64,000 nt of DNA from Tubulanus polymorphus (GCF_964204645.1 NC_134035.1:1984001-2048000); one strand, 5' to 3'; counted from the stretch's first letter, positions 1 to 14,900 are shown. Numbers and translations are program-made. The notes: generated by a model from the letters alone, not told the origin.

Positions 1-145
1 CAGAAATTTCAGGGTTTTTCCAAATACAGATATAAAACTTGTCTCTTGTTTTAATTATAATATGATCTCCTGTGTTTAATGTTTGCTACTGAATATGAAA
101 TAATGCAAGAAATTCATGAATTCTCTTCTTTTTTTATTGCGACAG

Positions 146-151
146 AATTCA

Positions 152-183
<32 letters not shown>

Positions 184-2963
184 AAAAACGACAGCACCAG
201 AAGTAAGTGAGAAGTTTTCTGTATCATGGAATTTCTAGTCGTGTTTATTTCTTTCTGACAGACGATGATTTGTTTGTGATTTTCATCGTATATTTCATAC
301 CGGGAACAAAGTCATGAAAATAATCCTGCTTTTAATGAAATAAATGCCCGTCACTTAGAATTATTTTATAATCAAGTTTTTTTTATATAATATTAGCGCA
401 CACAGTAAAATCTGGAAGCATTTGCTCACGGATATATGTGCATATATTTTATGTATCTCTTTTATTGATGTATTTATATTTACTGTATTTAATGTGTGAA
501 CGTGAAATAACAAAACTAAAATGAATTCTCTTTTTTTCTTTCATGTCATCAGCGTAAACAAACAGCAGCAAAGGCAGTAAGTATTAATTCTTCTGTTACC
601 TTGAAACAACCGATTCTTATGAGTTTTTCAACAGAATTATCATCAAAATTACAGAATTTAATCGGAGTTTGATTCCCTTCGTAACTTATCGTTTTTGACC
701 TGAATGTGAATGTTATTGTTCTTTTCTAACAGCCAGAAGTCCTGGAGGAAATTCCGCCGCCAGTAAGTTTAGATTTTATGATATCATTTTATATAAACCT
801 GTTTTGTTTAACCTGGTCCTCTGAAGCCGGTTAGACTGGTATTATGTTTAACCCGTGCTCAGTTAACTGAATTCACTTTTAATCAAGTTAACCCAGATTT
901 ATTAAAGTAAACATTGGTCTCCATAAAACTGGCGCTTAGATTCATTGATCATTTAATGAATGATTTTTATAGATATGAATGTTAATTCTCTTTTCTAGAT
1001 AACAGTAGAAGCGGAAATTCATTTTGTAAGTTTTCTATTAATCTCCTCGGTGGAATATGATATCTACCATTTTTGCTGAGAGTCATTGAAACTTCATAAC
1101 TCTTTAAGCAAGTTGTAACTGATTTCGTCTTCAGTTTGTGCGCGCGCTCACTTACACATACACTTATATTTGCGCATGTAGTTCATAATTATCATCAAAC
1201 TCGTAGTAACAACGATAATAGTAATGATGATAATTACAATTGTCATTTTTAAAGTGCAAATATCCCGATGAAAGGAATTATCAAACTGATTTATCACGTG
1301 GTGTTTTTGGTTTTCTCTCATTGTAACAAGTTTACTCTGATGAAATCTTTTTCCAGATATTAAACCTGTCTGGTATTCGTTTTAATAATGATCTCTGTTA
1401 AATGTGTGCTACTCAATATGAAATAACAACGCAATTAATTACTATTCTTTCATCGCGACAGTTTGCTGCTGCTGCAGCAGCAGCAGCAGCAGCAACGACA
1501 ACAGAAGTTTGAATTTTTCTGTTTCATGGACTCTATATCGTTTGAATCAAACTGTAAAACAAACGAATACAGAAATATCAAAGTTACAGAGATCAGAGTT
1601 TTAATGCAAGAAATTAATGAATTCTCTTTTCTTTTATTGCAACAGAACAGACAAACAGCGACGAATACAGTAAGTTTGAATTTTTCTGTTTAATGGACTT
1701 TATATTGTTTAAATAAAACCCTAAAACAAACGAATACTGAAATATCGAGGTTTTTCCGAATACAGATATAAAACTTGTCTTTTGTTTTAATTATAATATG
1801 ATCTCCTGTGTTTATTAATGTTTGCTACTGAATATGGAATAATGCAAGAAATTAATGAATTCTCTTTTCTTTTATTGCAACAGAACAGACAAACAGCGAC
1901 GAATACAGTAAGTTTGAATTTTTCTGTTTAATGGACTTTATATTGTTTAAATAAAACCCTAAAACAAACGAATACAGAAATTTCAGGGTTTTTCCAAATA
2001 CAGATATAAAACTTGTCTCTTGTTTTAATTATAATATGATCTCCTGTGTTTATTAATGTTTGCTACTGAATATGGAATAATGCAAGAAATTCATGAATTC
2101 TCTCTTTTTTTTATTGCGACAGAATTCGACGACGACAAGAACAACAGCACCAGAAGTAAGTGAGAAGTTTTCTGTATCATGGAATTTCTGTGGTGTTTAT
2201 TTCTTTCTGACAGACGATGATTTGTTTCTGATTTTCATCGTATATTTCATACCAGGAACAAAGTCATGAAAATAATCCTGCTTTCAATGAAATAAATTCC
2301 CGTCACTTAGAATTATTTTATATATCAAGTTTCTTTTATATAACATTAGCACACACAGTAAAATCTGGAAGCATTTGCTCACGGATATATGTGCATATAT
2401 TTTATGTATCTCTTATTGATGTATTTATATTTACTGTATTTAACGTGTGAACGTGAAATAACAAAACTAAAAGGAATTCTCTTTTTTTCTTTCATGTCAT
2501 CAGCGTAAACAAACAGCAGCAAAGGCAGTAAGTATTAATTCTTCTGTTACCTTGAAACTACCGATTCTTATGAGTTTTTCGTCAGAATTATCATCAAAGT
2601 TACAGAATTTAATCGGAGTTCGATTCCCTTTGTAACTTATCGTTTTTGACCTGAAAAAAGGCGGCTCTAAATCCAATTCGGTTACAGATATCAAACCTGT
2701 CTATTTTTGGTTTATTTGTATTGGTCATCAAATTCAATTCTTGGCGCACATTTTTATGCCCATAAACTGGTGCTGATTTTCATAAGCGCAACGATTGAAT
2801 AGATTCCGACTCGTTTTTTTCTTTCGCCTGGTAGATTTTCTGCAAAACAAGATGATGTTTTCCATGGTCGATTTACCAATTCCTAGGCTTTGTATTAATG
2901 AATTTTATTCTTTTACAGCATCACACTGGAACGAGGTCCACGTTGGCGTCCCCAGACATCGAA
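146..2963 (+). CDS. Micro-exon cluster 1 (10 exons): NSATTTTTTTTTTKTTAPE / RKQTAAKA / PEVLEEIPPP / ITVEAEIHF / FAAAAAAAAAATTTE / NRQTATNT x2 / NSTTTRTTAPE / RKQTAAKA / HHTGTRSTLASPDIE
   Basis: 24-57 nt phase-0 exons flanked by AG and GTAAGT. 1462-1506 has a weaker GTTTGA donor. Block 1-~704 is duplicated at ~1975-2655, and 1646-1669 is duplicated at 1884-1907. Confidence 0.75.
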
Positions 2964-5900
2964 GTAAGTTTAGATGTATCCGTTCTGTTGGCTGGTTATC
3001 AATTGTAATATGTTGAGACTTGAGATGAAAATGATTTGTATTGTGTTAGTACATGAGGTTAAAGCCTGTTTTTTGTTATGCCGTGTGCGGGGAAGGCAAA
3101 ACACAAAACGCCGAACATGTCGTGTCCGTTGAACATTTTATTGTTTGTGGGCAAAACGTGTTCTGAAAAGTGTGTTTTCTGTTTTGGCGAAACAAATGTT
3201 ATGCCGGTGCGGCGGGCTTAAGGCGAGTGAATAATTAGGGTATATGAGAAAAAAAGCGGGAATATAAATGAAGAACATTCGTAACTCTTTGCCTGCCACG
3301 CCTATTTTTCAGGCAATGCTGCGTTTTGCCAGGATTTCCGTGTTTTTCAGAGATTCATAAAACAAAAACAAGAAGAGATATCTTCTCGTCAAATTTGTTT
3401 TATATCTTTGATCTGGTCTTGCATTTTCATGTAAAATAAGCGGCATTTCTTCTAAGAGTGATAAAATCTGTAGCGATAACCAGTGCAGAGGGAGTATTTT
3501 GCAGAATATATGCTCGTTCATGCGTGTTCAGCCCCCATTTCAATAGATGATGTCACTCGCACACTGTATAGAACAACTGATGAGTTTGTTTAGTAGTAAA
3601 AGGCATTAAACTAACTGGTGTTGTGCGATGAATTCGCCATCTATCGTTAGAGTTAAGAACCAAGCCAACCGTATCGGTACGGTTTTGAGTTAAGAATCAA
3701 GCCAACCGTATCGGTACGGTTTTGAGTTAAGAATCAAGCAAACCGTATCGGTACGGTTTTGAGTTAAGAAACAAGCCAACCGTATCGGTACGGTTTTGAG
3801 TTAAGAAACAAGCCAACCATTTTGCCAGTACGGTTTTGGCAGGAATGTGATGGGAGATAACTAACATACGAGTACGTGTTTGGGTGGAAATGAGTTAAGG
3901 AGCCACGTCGGATCAACCCACCTCCCAGTATATATCATCCAAGGGCATAACTCTTTCAGCACTCACGGGTGATTTGATAAAAAAAAACACTCAGAGTGCC
4001 CATCATTGGTAACATAAAAGTAGGAAAATCGATAGAAACTTTCGAGCTCCATAGAGTGAAAACTGTAAGAGATGAGCTTAATGTTAATTGAAAGGTTTCT
4101 AGGGTATGACTGACCCTTAGAAAAGATTGGTAACAATTTTTTGAAAAATGATCTAATTTGCACGAATTATAGCTCTTTTTAAGAGCCTCAAAACGCTAAG
4201 CGTTGTTTAAGAGACCAGAGAAAAACATTCGACTAAGAAACTCTGTCGTCACAAGGGTTTGAACCTATAAACCTTGGATTGACGAGACCAGTGACCGGCG
4301 GCTTAGTCCACTTGGCCACTGCGCCTCTCCAATTAATTATAGCTCAGCGACCAGTTTATTTGCTAACTCCTTAAATTTCAGGTATAGGATAAACAACCCA
4401 AGGGCTTAACGACAATTTATTGAAATGTCGTTTTTGAGATGCTCTCACGATTCAATCTTTTGATGCAATTTTTTGGTAATTCGACTGTATTATTTAACGG
4501 GAGGGAGTGTTAATAGCGAAGCAAATATCGCAACTTTTTTGATGCCGTAAAAACCGGAATTACAACGATGTTCATATACATTCATACCTAAGCGTTATTT
4601 AAAACAGGTTCTCATAGGCGTCCCCAGGAATTTTCATACGGGGTTCGAATAAGCATCAATCCAGCATCCAAGCACAATGTCTGGTGTTTGGGGGGCCTCC
4701 CCCAAAAAACTTTTTTTTAAATTTGAGGCTTTAGAGACGTTTTCCAGGCTCTAAATGAATCACTTAGAGTTAAAGGACTTAAGTCAAATTGGCAAGAAAA
4801 ATCTTGAACATTGATTACATGTTAACTTGAGAAGTTAGCTATCTTGAAAAGGGTCCGCTACCCCTGCACCCCTCGGGGACGCCTATGGTTTTGTGTGAGT
4901 CAATGTGCGCTACGTCATCAACATTGGAGCATTTCAAAATAACAATTACAATTGTGAATGTTCGCTTATCCATTTTGTAATATAACGCTTGCCAGTGGTC
5001 CGGTATCACTCCCGAACTCGCTTCCACCAGCCCCCTGGCCTCATGAAGCGTGATTTCATTACTGGCGCTGTTGCGCGTGACGTCATATATCGATTTGCGA
5101 AATACTTCCTTGTTCGGTAAAACGTTCGCTGATTGGTCTATTTAACGGGAAAACCAACATAAGTCTACTGACGGTTTGTTACAAGCGCTGTGATTGGTAC
5201 GACCGGATTCTGGTCGGCTAGTAACGACTCCAACGACTCGTGAGGTCAGGGGGTTCGGGGAACAGCTTTAGCGTAGTGGGTTCGAATCCCTTGACAGGTG
5301 AAGATTTCAATATTGAAGCATTTCAAAATAACAATTACAATTGTGAATGTTCGCTTATCCATTTTGTAATATACAGTGTTGCCACTTCTCCAGATTTCTC
5401 CGGAATTCCGGATTTAAAAAAAATCCAATTTCATTTCCGGATTTTCGGGAGAAGTCAAATAACCACAAAAGAAAACATCGCGAAAAAAATAAAATCAATT
5501 CGGGATTCGACCCTAAACATCAAAACGTGACGGCTCCGTAGAGGGTTCGAAAAAGCCGTATTGTGCTGCCACGTAGTGGCAACAACCCCGCGCGCAGTAC
5601 ACGATTAAACCAAGATGACGCGACGATCGAAATCGACTGACGCTTCGTTTGTTTTTTGGCTCTGGTTTATATATGAGGTGTATTTGCCGGAGCCAATTGC
5701 TATTTGAAAAAAAGATCTATAGGCGGTAATGAAAGTGAGGCCTATAACGCGTATTGCGCCAGAACGCATCTCCTGGCGTTCTAATTTAAAAAATTTTTTT
5801 GGGGGAGGGCCCCAGACCCCCGACTTATTTTCCGGATTTTTAGCTTCACATAAGTGGCAACTCTGAATATAACATATTTCATTCTGTATGTTTTCTGTTC

Positions 5901-8900
5901 GATAAATTTTATATATGTCTTATTGGCAATAGACATTTGTGTACCGGTATTACCTCGTTGATATATCGGGGCTAGAGACTAGAGATTTTGCCGGTCAGTT
6001 CAATTCAATCATCGATATATTCAAATTCAACATATATTTATTGATCCTGCTAGTAGTCACACTGATTGACTACCCCGACTCATCGGACGGAACAGGAACA
6101 CGGAGAACTTGAAGAATAAAGATGTAACTGACATACGACAACACTGCTTTCGTAACTTTCATTCCTATGAAAGGAAAATACAGAATTCGACCCCGATTAA
6201 TTCATATATCGTCAATCGTTGACAAGCAATTCATGTGTCATTCAAGGTGTCAATAAACACCTCTTTCAGTTTTCCTCTAATTGATATTTATGGAGATGTA
6301 AAATTTTTCATTTATATTTCAGGAAATCGAAACAGTTTTCGAATTAAAGTTGGGGACGTCGCTCAGGGCCTCGTTCCAGAAGACGCTGACGCGAAAACAT
6401 CCGGTAATGTGAAAAAGATTGATTTCAAAGGAAGTGCAGCTTACCCTAGGGGGAGCCACTTTGATTACATAAATTAAACAGTCAAAGGGTGAAAATGCTC
6501 TATACATTTTGTATTCAATTCATTACTTTCACGTTAAAATGACTTTGGATATAACGACTTATCTAGCTATTTGTTAGTTTTATTATAAACCTGAGAATTC
6601 CGTCCAAAATAAAACATTTTAATAATTTCATATCGATTATAAACGAACAGATTACTGAAATTCATTGTTGTATATAACGAGCTTTCAGTGAATGACGTTT
6701 ATTTCTCATCACTTTCAAACTGCTACTGATTTAAAATGCTCATACAGTCTCTTTTGTTCTCTATTTACAGCAAGTGATCGTAGATACGCCGAGAGTTCAT
6801 GCCATTGTGGTAGTTCGTGGGCCGAAAGTAGCAGTTGACAACTGCTACGAGTACGCCCACGAACTACGCGACCGGCTCGTCGCGCAGGAGGTAAGAATAA
6901 TAGTGTTAATAATATCCATACTTGATTATGACAACTATAATATGAGAGTATATTAATGTTTCTTCGGTTGTGGGGGCCATCTAATCTTACTCAGTGTGTG
7001 CAGTCCCAGCATCATCCAGCCTGCAATCCTCGGTGCGATATAGGGCACACGTTAACCCCTATTGAAGGATGTCATCGGCGGCCATCTTGAATTTATTTTT
7101 AGCGCGACAAAGCCTGGACGAACTTTGGTTATCGCAGTTAGTCGACTATTTGTGAACTAAGTGCAACAGAATGTCAGTTATGACTATAGTCAGAAATGAT
7201 CGACTGTGGTATTGAGCACGGTCGCTGTAGTTCGGACTTCATGATTCCAAGATGGCTGGAATATGTTTCGACTGAGCTATCGCGCGTTCAGTGATTTCCA
7301 ACCATTGGTCGACTAGCTACGAAAAACCAAAGTTTGCCCTGTATTTCTCGATGGATTCCCGTGAAACTTCGCTTTAAGACGGCTAAGCTTAATTCTTTCG
7401 AAGTCAATAACAAATTAAGTAAACTCTGTCGTTTTTTACGAAGACTGCAACATTCTTTACCTGTCTTCCAGTTGTTGCCACTTTGCTAAGTTTTAGTTTC
7501 TCCTCATTTTAACAGCTCAGCTGATACCAAACAATCACACAATAATTTCTAGTTTATCGTCGCCGAAATTTCTATTGTTGATTACTCTCATCACTCTTGA
7601 AAATAGAAAAAGAATTTAATTGAATCGTTTTTATTTAATAGACTCTGAAAGAGAAGAGAAAAATGGAAGTAAGTAAATTCTTTCGAATAATTACAGGCGG
7701 ATTTAGGTCACACAGTTACTGAGTCTGTAATAACAAAACTAAATAAATTAATTCTCTTTTCTTTCCAGAGGGAAAGGAAAAAAAAAGCATTAGAAGTAAG
7801 TTTGAATTTGTCTGTTTAATGGACTTTATATCTTTTAAACCGTAAAGCAAACGAATACAGAAATATCAATTTCAAAGTTACATAAATATCAGAGTTTTTC
7901 CAAACATAGATAAAAAACTTGTTTTTTGTTTCTTTTGTTTTAATCAAGATATGATCTATGTTTAATGTTTGCAACTGAATACGAAATAACGCAAGAAATT
8001 CATGAATTCTCTTTTCTTTTATAGCAGACGAAAGCAGCAGCAGCAGCAGCAGCAAAAACAGCAGCAGCATTTGTAAGTTTGAAGTTTTCTGTATCATGGA
8101 CTTTTTTGTCCGTCTGTTCATCTCTCCATCTGTTCACTTGCGACATTTTCTATGATAGTGACGAGTTTCAAGGTCAACGGTTTTTGTATATTTTCACCAG
8201 GGGGCGTTGAATATCAAATAAGTCTGATTATCAAGCGTCCAAATCATTTTTCGCGTGGGATTGGCGACTGGACCACAAGTTCATTGATAATATTAACCAA
8301 CAGATATATGTAAACCAATGATCATCAAATAATATAACAATCGATTCTTAAAGAGCTTTTCATCAGAATTTTGTCAAAAGTTACAGAATTTAATCTGAGT
8401 TCGATTCCCTTCAAAATGATTTACCATGTGGCATGTTTGATTTTAACTTAATGTAAGAAATTTATGCTAATGACATCAAAATCATTTTTCAGATACAGAC
8501 ATCTATATAAACCTGTCCAGTTTTTATGTCTACTGTGTTTATTAACGTTTGCTGCTGAATATGAAATTTAAAACAAAACTGAATTTTCTTTCTTTTATTG
8601 CAGCAGAAACCAAAAACAACAGCTGCAGTAGCAGCGGCCGTTCCTGCACGAGTAAGTTTCTATTTTATAATTACGATTTTATGATTACGTTCATTTCTCT
8701 AACCGAGACCGAAACTTCTCGCACCTTACACTTTACATCCCTATTTCGTTATCTGGTATAAGCATTTCATAAGGCTGTGGTAAACCTCTTGGCCTATGGG
8801 CAATTATTTTTTGCGATTTTCATCGATTTCCAGACACAGATATTAAACCTGCCCAGTTTTTGTGTCTACTGTGTTTATTAACGTTTGCTGCTGAATATGA

Positions 8901-11900
8901 AATATAAAAAAAAAACTTACTGAATTTTCTTTCTTTTATTGCAGACGAAACCAACAGCGGCAGCAACAGCGGCAGCGGCCATTCCTGCACGAGTAAGTTT
9001 CAATTTTATAATTAAGTGTCATTCGTTTCCCGTGTATTCCCTCGTAGATGATCCTGTCTTAACATCAACTTTAATCCATTAGCACTCAGGAATTGCACTT
9101 AACTTAATGTAATATATTTATGCTAATGACATCAAAATCATTTTTCAGATACAGATATCTATATAAACCTGTCCAGTTTTTATGTCTACTGTGTTTATTA
9201 ACGTTTGCTGCTGAATATGAAATATAAAACAAAACTGAATTTTCTTTCTTTTATTGCAGCAGAAACCAACAACAACAGCGGCCATTCCTGCACGAGTAAG
9301 TTTCTATTTTATAATTACGATTTTATGATTACGTTCATTTCTCTAACCGAGACCGAAACTTCTCGCACCTTACACTTTACATCCCTATTTCGTTATCTGA
9401 TATAAGCATTTCATAAGGCTGTGGTAAACCTCTTGGCCTATGGGCAATTATTTTTTGTGATTTTCATCGATTTCCAGACAGATATTAAACCTGCCCAGTT
9501 TTTGTGTCTACTGTGTTTATTAACGTTTGCTGCTGAATATGAAATATAAAAACAAAAACTTACTGAATTTTCTTTCTTTTATTGCAGACGAAACCAACAG
9601 CGGCAGCGGCCATTCCTGCACGAGTAAGTTTCAATTTTATAATTAAGCGTCATTCGTTTCCCGTGTATTCCCTCGTAGATGATCCTGTCTTAACATCAAC
9701 TTTAATCCATTAGCACTCAGGAATTGCACTTAATTTAATGTAAGATATTTATGCTAATGACATCAAAATCATTTTTCAGATACAGATATCTATATAAACC
9801 TGTCCAGTTTTTATGTCTACTGTGTTTATTAACGTTTGCTGCTGTATATGAAATATAAAAAAAAAAACTTACTGAATTTTCTTTCTTTTATTGCAACAGA
9901 AACCAACAGCAGCAGCACCGAAGGAAGTAAGTCAGCATTTTTCTGTTGTATCATGGATTTTCTGTCGTGTTCATTTCTATCTGACAGCCAATGTATTTCA
10001 TACCGGGAACAAAGTCATAAAAATTCTCCTGTTCGTTTTATTAAATAACGATACAGAATCAAAACAATATCTATAACGAGGCATCCGTCGCTTAGAACTC
10101 ATTTATTACGTATATTGATACCTACGTGTGCTACTGAACATAAAATAACAAAACTAAAATAATTCTCTTTTTTTCTTTCATGGCATCAGTGCAAACAAAC
10201 AACAATAACAACAACGAAAGAAGTAAGTTTTGGCCATGTTTTTAGTTTTCGCTCATCACTGACATTACTGATATCTTTCCTCGCAGTCTTAAATCGGCTC
10301 CACTCAATTTCTCTCATGAAATGCTTTCCATGATCGAACTACACGTGATCATGAACTTGAAAATGAAAAATGATTAAATCTAAATGTTGCTCGTTTATTT
10401 TATAGGTCACCAGAAAGCGACGCCGATCCGTCGACGAGGTCAGTTTGAATTCTATCGAATCGTTCTCCCGTTATTACTTTCAATCTGTCTTTTCGTCCAT
10501 AGATAGGATCTCACAATCGCCAGTGGTATAGGCATTGTTCAGCAATTCAAGGGTGCTAATGTCCTAGAAAACCTGGCAATCTCATTGAATCAGAAAGATT
10601 GGGGAATTTGATAGATTTTTACCAAAATCCTGGTCCGTCGGTCGGTCCGTCGGTCGGTCCGTCGGTCGGTGATGTTCACGTCTCTGCACCCACAGCTTAT
10701 GGTTATTCATGAAGACTTGACCATTATTTCCTGTTTTAAGTCGTGTAGATTATTATCATTGTGGTTCAATATAGATTACGACTATCTGAAAGTTGAGATT
10801 TACTAAAGAAATGTGTATCAAAATTCTGAATGTTGATTTCAACTTTTTTTAAAATATTTTACAGCAACCCGTAAGCCCGCCTAAATGTCGGCGAGAGGAG
10901 GTAAGTTTCAATTTCATTAAATCATTTTCGATATCGATGTTAAATATTGATAACCTTAGCCCTGTTTCATAGACTGTATATCAATAATACCCTAGAGGTA
11001 TTTCTTCAACCTGAGCCCGATTTTGTAAACCGGATATCAATGTTACCCAGAGTTGCCAACCGTTCCTGATTTTCGGTATTTGTTACTCTTTTATGACAAG
11101 AAATACTGATTTGATTTGTTCGATGCATATGAGAAGTATGAAAGATCTAACTGAGGGTCTTACTGTTGATTACTGATTGATTTGAACATTTATTTTCATA
11201 TTACAATTTGTTACTGATAGCACTTTTCAGAGGTTGGCAGCCCTGTTGGTTGCCGATAGGTAAATCTTCAACATAGGTGACAACTTCATAATGAAAACCT
11301 TGGTAATGACTGAAAAATTTCGAAATGATCCCAGCTGGTATTATTTTTTCCCAACATCTATGAAACTTGGCTCTGGTGAACGCCTAGCCTCACTGGCAAG
11401 CAATTGTGATACTATCGTGACCATATGTCACTTGTGATCAGTAAGTGTCATTTACCAAAAACATACGTACATTTTATCGTAATAAATTTTTTGTATTCTT
11501 TTTTATAGGACATCAATTTATTCGACGACCTTTGGGTAAATATCCTTTTGATCGCCTACTCGTTCTCAGTGAATTTGGAGCCATCCCTTTCATTAGTGGG
11601 TGGCTCCATATATACTCGCTTTTAGGGTTAGCTAGAATTTTTCATGATATTTCATGTTATTTTGATTACTAGAATGATGATTTCCCAGAGCCGCCGCCGC
11701 CGGAGCCCGAGGCTCCTACCATTATCGTAAGTTGTAAAAGATAATTATTTTCGTAGTTCACCAGATTATTATAATCTGATATTGATTTTCCTGCTGAAAT
11801 ATCCATGTTCTAAGAGATCCCATAGCATATCTCCACCAAGGTCAAACTTGGCTAAAGCTACGACCAATTTTGCTCGTAGGCTAAAGGCACCTAGTTTTTG

Positions 11901-14900
11901 CTAGCTTATTTGTTGTTGGAAAACATAAACACTGGTAATTGTGACCGATCTGTTTGCAGCGCTGCAGCCGCTATACGGTATCATGGGTTCAATTCTAAAA
12001 TGTCATTACTTAGGGGCAGTTCCGTGGGGGGCTGGTGAATTTGGCTATATTCCTTAAAGATATTTTTTGCCTGACCGCTGCAGCTGCCGCAGTTTAGGGG
12101 TCCTAACCAATAAAAATTTTGAAATATGTTCTAATTTCCTTGTATCTGGGACATTCTGTTGGATCGAGTTACTTTAAAAAAAAAATGTTATTCTGACTAT
12201 ATTCCGGAATACAATGGAATCTAGTTTGGATCGGCTACTGATTAAGCTATATAGAGTAGTATCTTCGGTCCTAAATTAATCACAGCTGAAGCCAGTTATA
12301 TCTAAAGAGTGTTTGAAAGTAGTCGCACTCGGTCACAGTTTGTATCGATGCGAATATTCATCTTACCGAGTTCATATTATTCGTAAAATTGGCATTGATA
12401 ATAGCGTGAAGCAATGTTTTTAAGTGAAACTAAGAATGTTTAAAAGTTGCGGCTCGGTCACAGTTTTGTATCGATGTGAATATTCTTCAGACTGAGTTAG
12501 TAGAATATTGAAATCATGTCACGCAGCATCCATCGGTTCAATTATCCTCAAAATAGTCTCTAAATTGAGGGTCAACTAAGAATTTCGATCATGGAATCTT
12601 TCATCCGTGGTATAGTTATTCAAAACTTGATTTCAGAATTTTTTTTCTTTACATTTCTAGGAATCGGAAATCGCGCGTATTGTGCAAATTGACGTAAGTT
12701 TACAATAGACAATTTCAGTTACACATGTTGACACCCAGTGACTTTATAAATACCACCTGCCTGCCATCTACTGACAAAAACTTGAACTTTATTCCATAAT
12801 GTACACTATACCGTTGTGGTTCTCATAAATCCGATCATTAGTAACAACCTATAACGTAATAATAACTATTTTTGATGGTTCACCAGATGAGGCTTTTTCT
12901 TAAATAGCTTGGTTTACGGGAACCGCCTCCCGAAATTTGAAGAAAAGTCAAACAAAAGTAGAATTTTTTTTTTACTCCCATCTGTGGAACAAATTCAGTG
13001 GAAAACGAGCAAAAAAGTTTTTCACCTTCGCCGAATGAGAATCCCGGCTTGAATGATGAAAAAATTGAAAAACGCACGTTTATTCTTTTTTTGATCACAT
13101 TTGTGTGCAGAATTCGAACTTTCCAAGGATCATTGTTTTGGACATATGTATATTGCCCTATCGATCGTTCCCTCTTCCTTCAAAAACTGTGTTTATCGCG
13201 CTGAGCGAGTTCTTTTTTTTTAAATTTTCCGAAATGATATTTCAATAGTCTACCCTGTCAACCAAGCTATTAAAAAAATGCGAGATTTGAGATAATTTAT
13301 TCTGATTTTCATAAATGCTAAATTGAGCTCTTGTTTTTCTTTTTATGTAGAGAAATGAATTCCACACGTGCGTGAATGTGCCGGTAAATATTGTGAACAT
13401 TTCTATTGAATTTACAGTTGAACACAAACGACTGCAGATGAAATATGTCTGAATTTTTGTTGACGTCGTTAAACTAAAGTTGATTTTTTATTTTATAGAA
13501 GAGGAAGCTCGAGGTACCGGCATCGGTGAGTTTGAATTTCATCAAATCATTTTACAGTCCGTTCGTCTGTGTGCCTGTCTCTCCGTCTGTCCGCCTGTCT
13601 CTCCGTCTGTGTGCCTGTCTCTCCGTCTGTCCGCCTGTCTCTCCGTCTGTCCGCCTGCCGACGGGATCTTGTGAAAGTTTAAGCTTACGACAAGTATGAT
13701 TTGTGATTGCGACGAGAGTTTGTCGATGCGAAAAAAAGGCACAAGATTTTCGCGATGGTAGTACGTGCCTCTTGTGATTGTGGAGAGCTTGTTGAAGCCC
13801 TTTTTGCAAGTGGTGTTGTCGTTTTTGCACCCGCAGTTCATGGTTATTCATTTCCATTTTTTAGTTGTGTAGATTATCATTTTCGTGGCTCACCAAAGAT
13901 TATTAAGATAATCTGAAATTGAGATTTCCTTCAGAAATATGTTTGAAAATTCTGGATGTTGATTTCAACTTGTTTTTATTTTATAGGACCCCGTTAGCCC
14001 TAAACGGGCACGCGTCGGACCGGTTAAAGTAAGTTTGATTTGAGTCAAATCATTTTAAGTGAAGCTAATTTCAAATAAGTTTATTGATAATCTGGGCAGG
14101 GTTTTATAGACCATAGATCATTATCTCCTAGGGGTAAATCCTCAACCATGGCCCGATTTCATAGACCGGGTTTCAATATTGCCCCTAGCGGTAAATCCTC
14201 AACATAGGTGACAACCACCATTGTAACAATGATAAACTATGGTAAAAACTGACAAATTTTTAAATGTTTCCAGTTGTCCGAGCGTTCAAACCACTTTTCA
14301 AGTGATTTTCGCGTCTCTGCACCCACAGTTCATGGTTATTCATGAAGACTTGACCATTATTTCCTGTTTTAAGTCATGTAGATTATTATCATTGTGGTTC
14401 ACCAATGATTATGAGGATATTTTATTGTTTTCAAAATCTGCATCGGAAAAAGAATTAAAATAGTGTAGAATTCTTCTGCTTTGGATCTCGTGGCACCAAA
14501 AAATCGAAACCAAAAAAATAAAAATACCTAATTCTGGGGCGGCGGGACAGGGAGAGATCTAGAAATTGATGACAATCGGCTTGATGACCATCGCACGGAA
14601 CTAACTTAATATCATTGGCTGGAAAACTAGGATCCAGCATCGGTATCTCTTTACTAGATCATAACTTCAAACTGTGGAACTGGGTCCAGAACTGCGGAGC
14701 CAGGTTCTGTAACTGTGGGACTGGGTCCAGAACTGCGGAGCCAGGTTCTGTAACTGTGGGACTGGGTCCTGAACTGTGGAACCAAGTTTTATTATATTAA
14801 ATTGAAATGAATCATTTTCATGTTTTTATAACCAATGGAAATATCGTTTTTTTACTTTTTAGACTGAAACACCTGCGACGCCGCCGCCGCCGCCGCAAGC

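Noticed and set aside
1463-1693. PolyQ ORF and other cluster ORFs (7816-8121, 8549-8761, 9205-9405, 9836-10076)
   Set aside because: They run through introns, mostly in the wrong frame or strand; the coding parts are the micro-exons.
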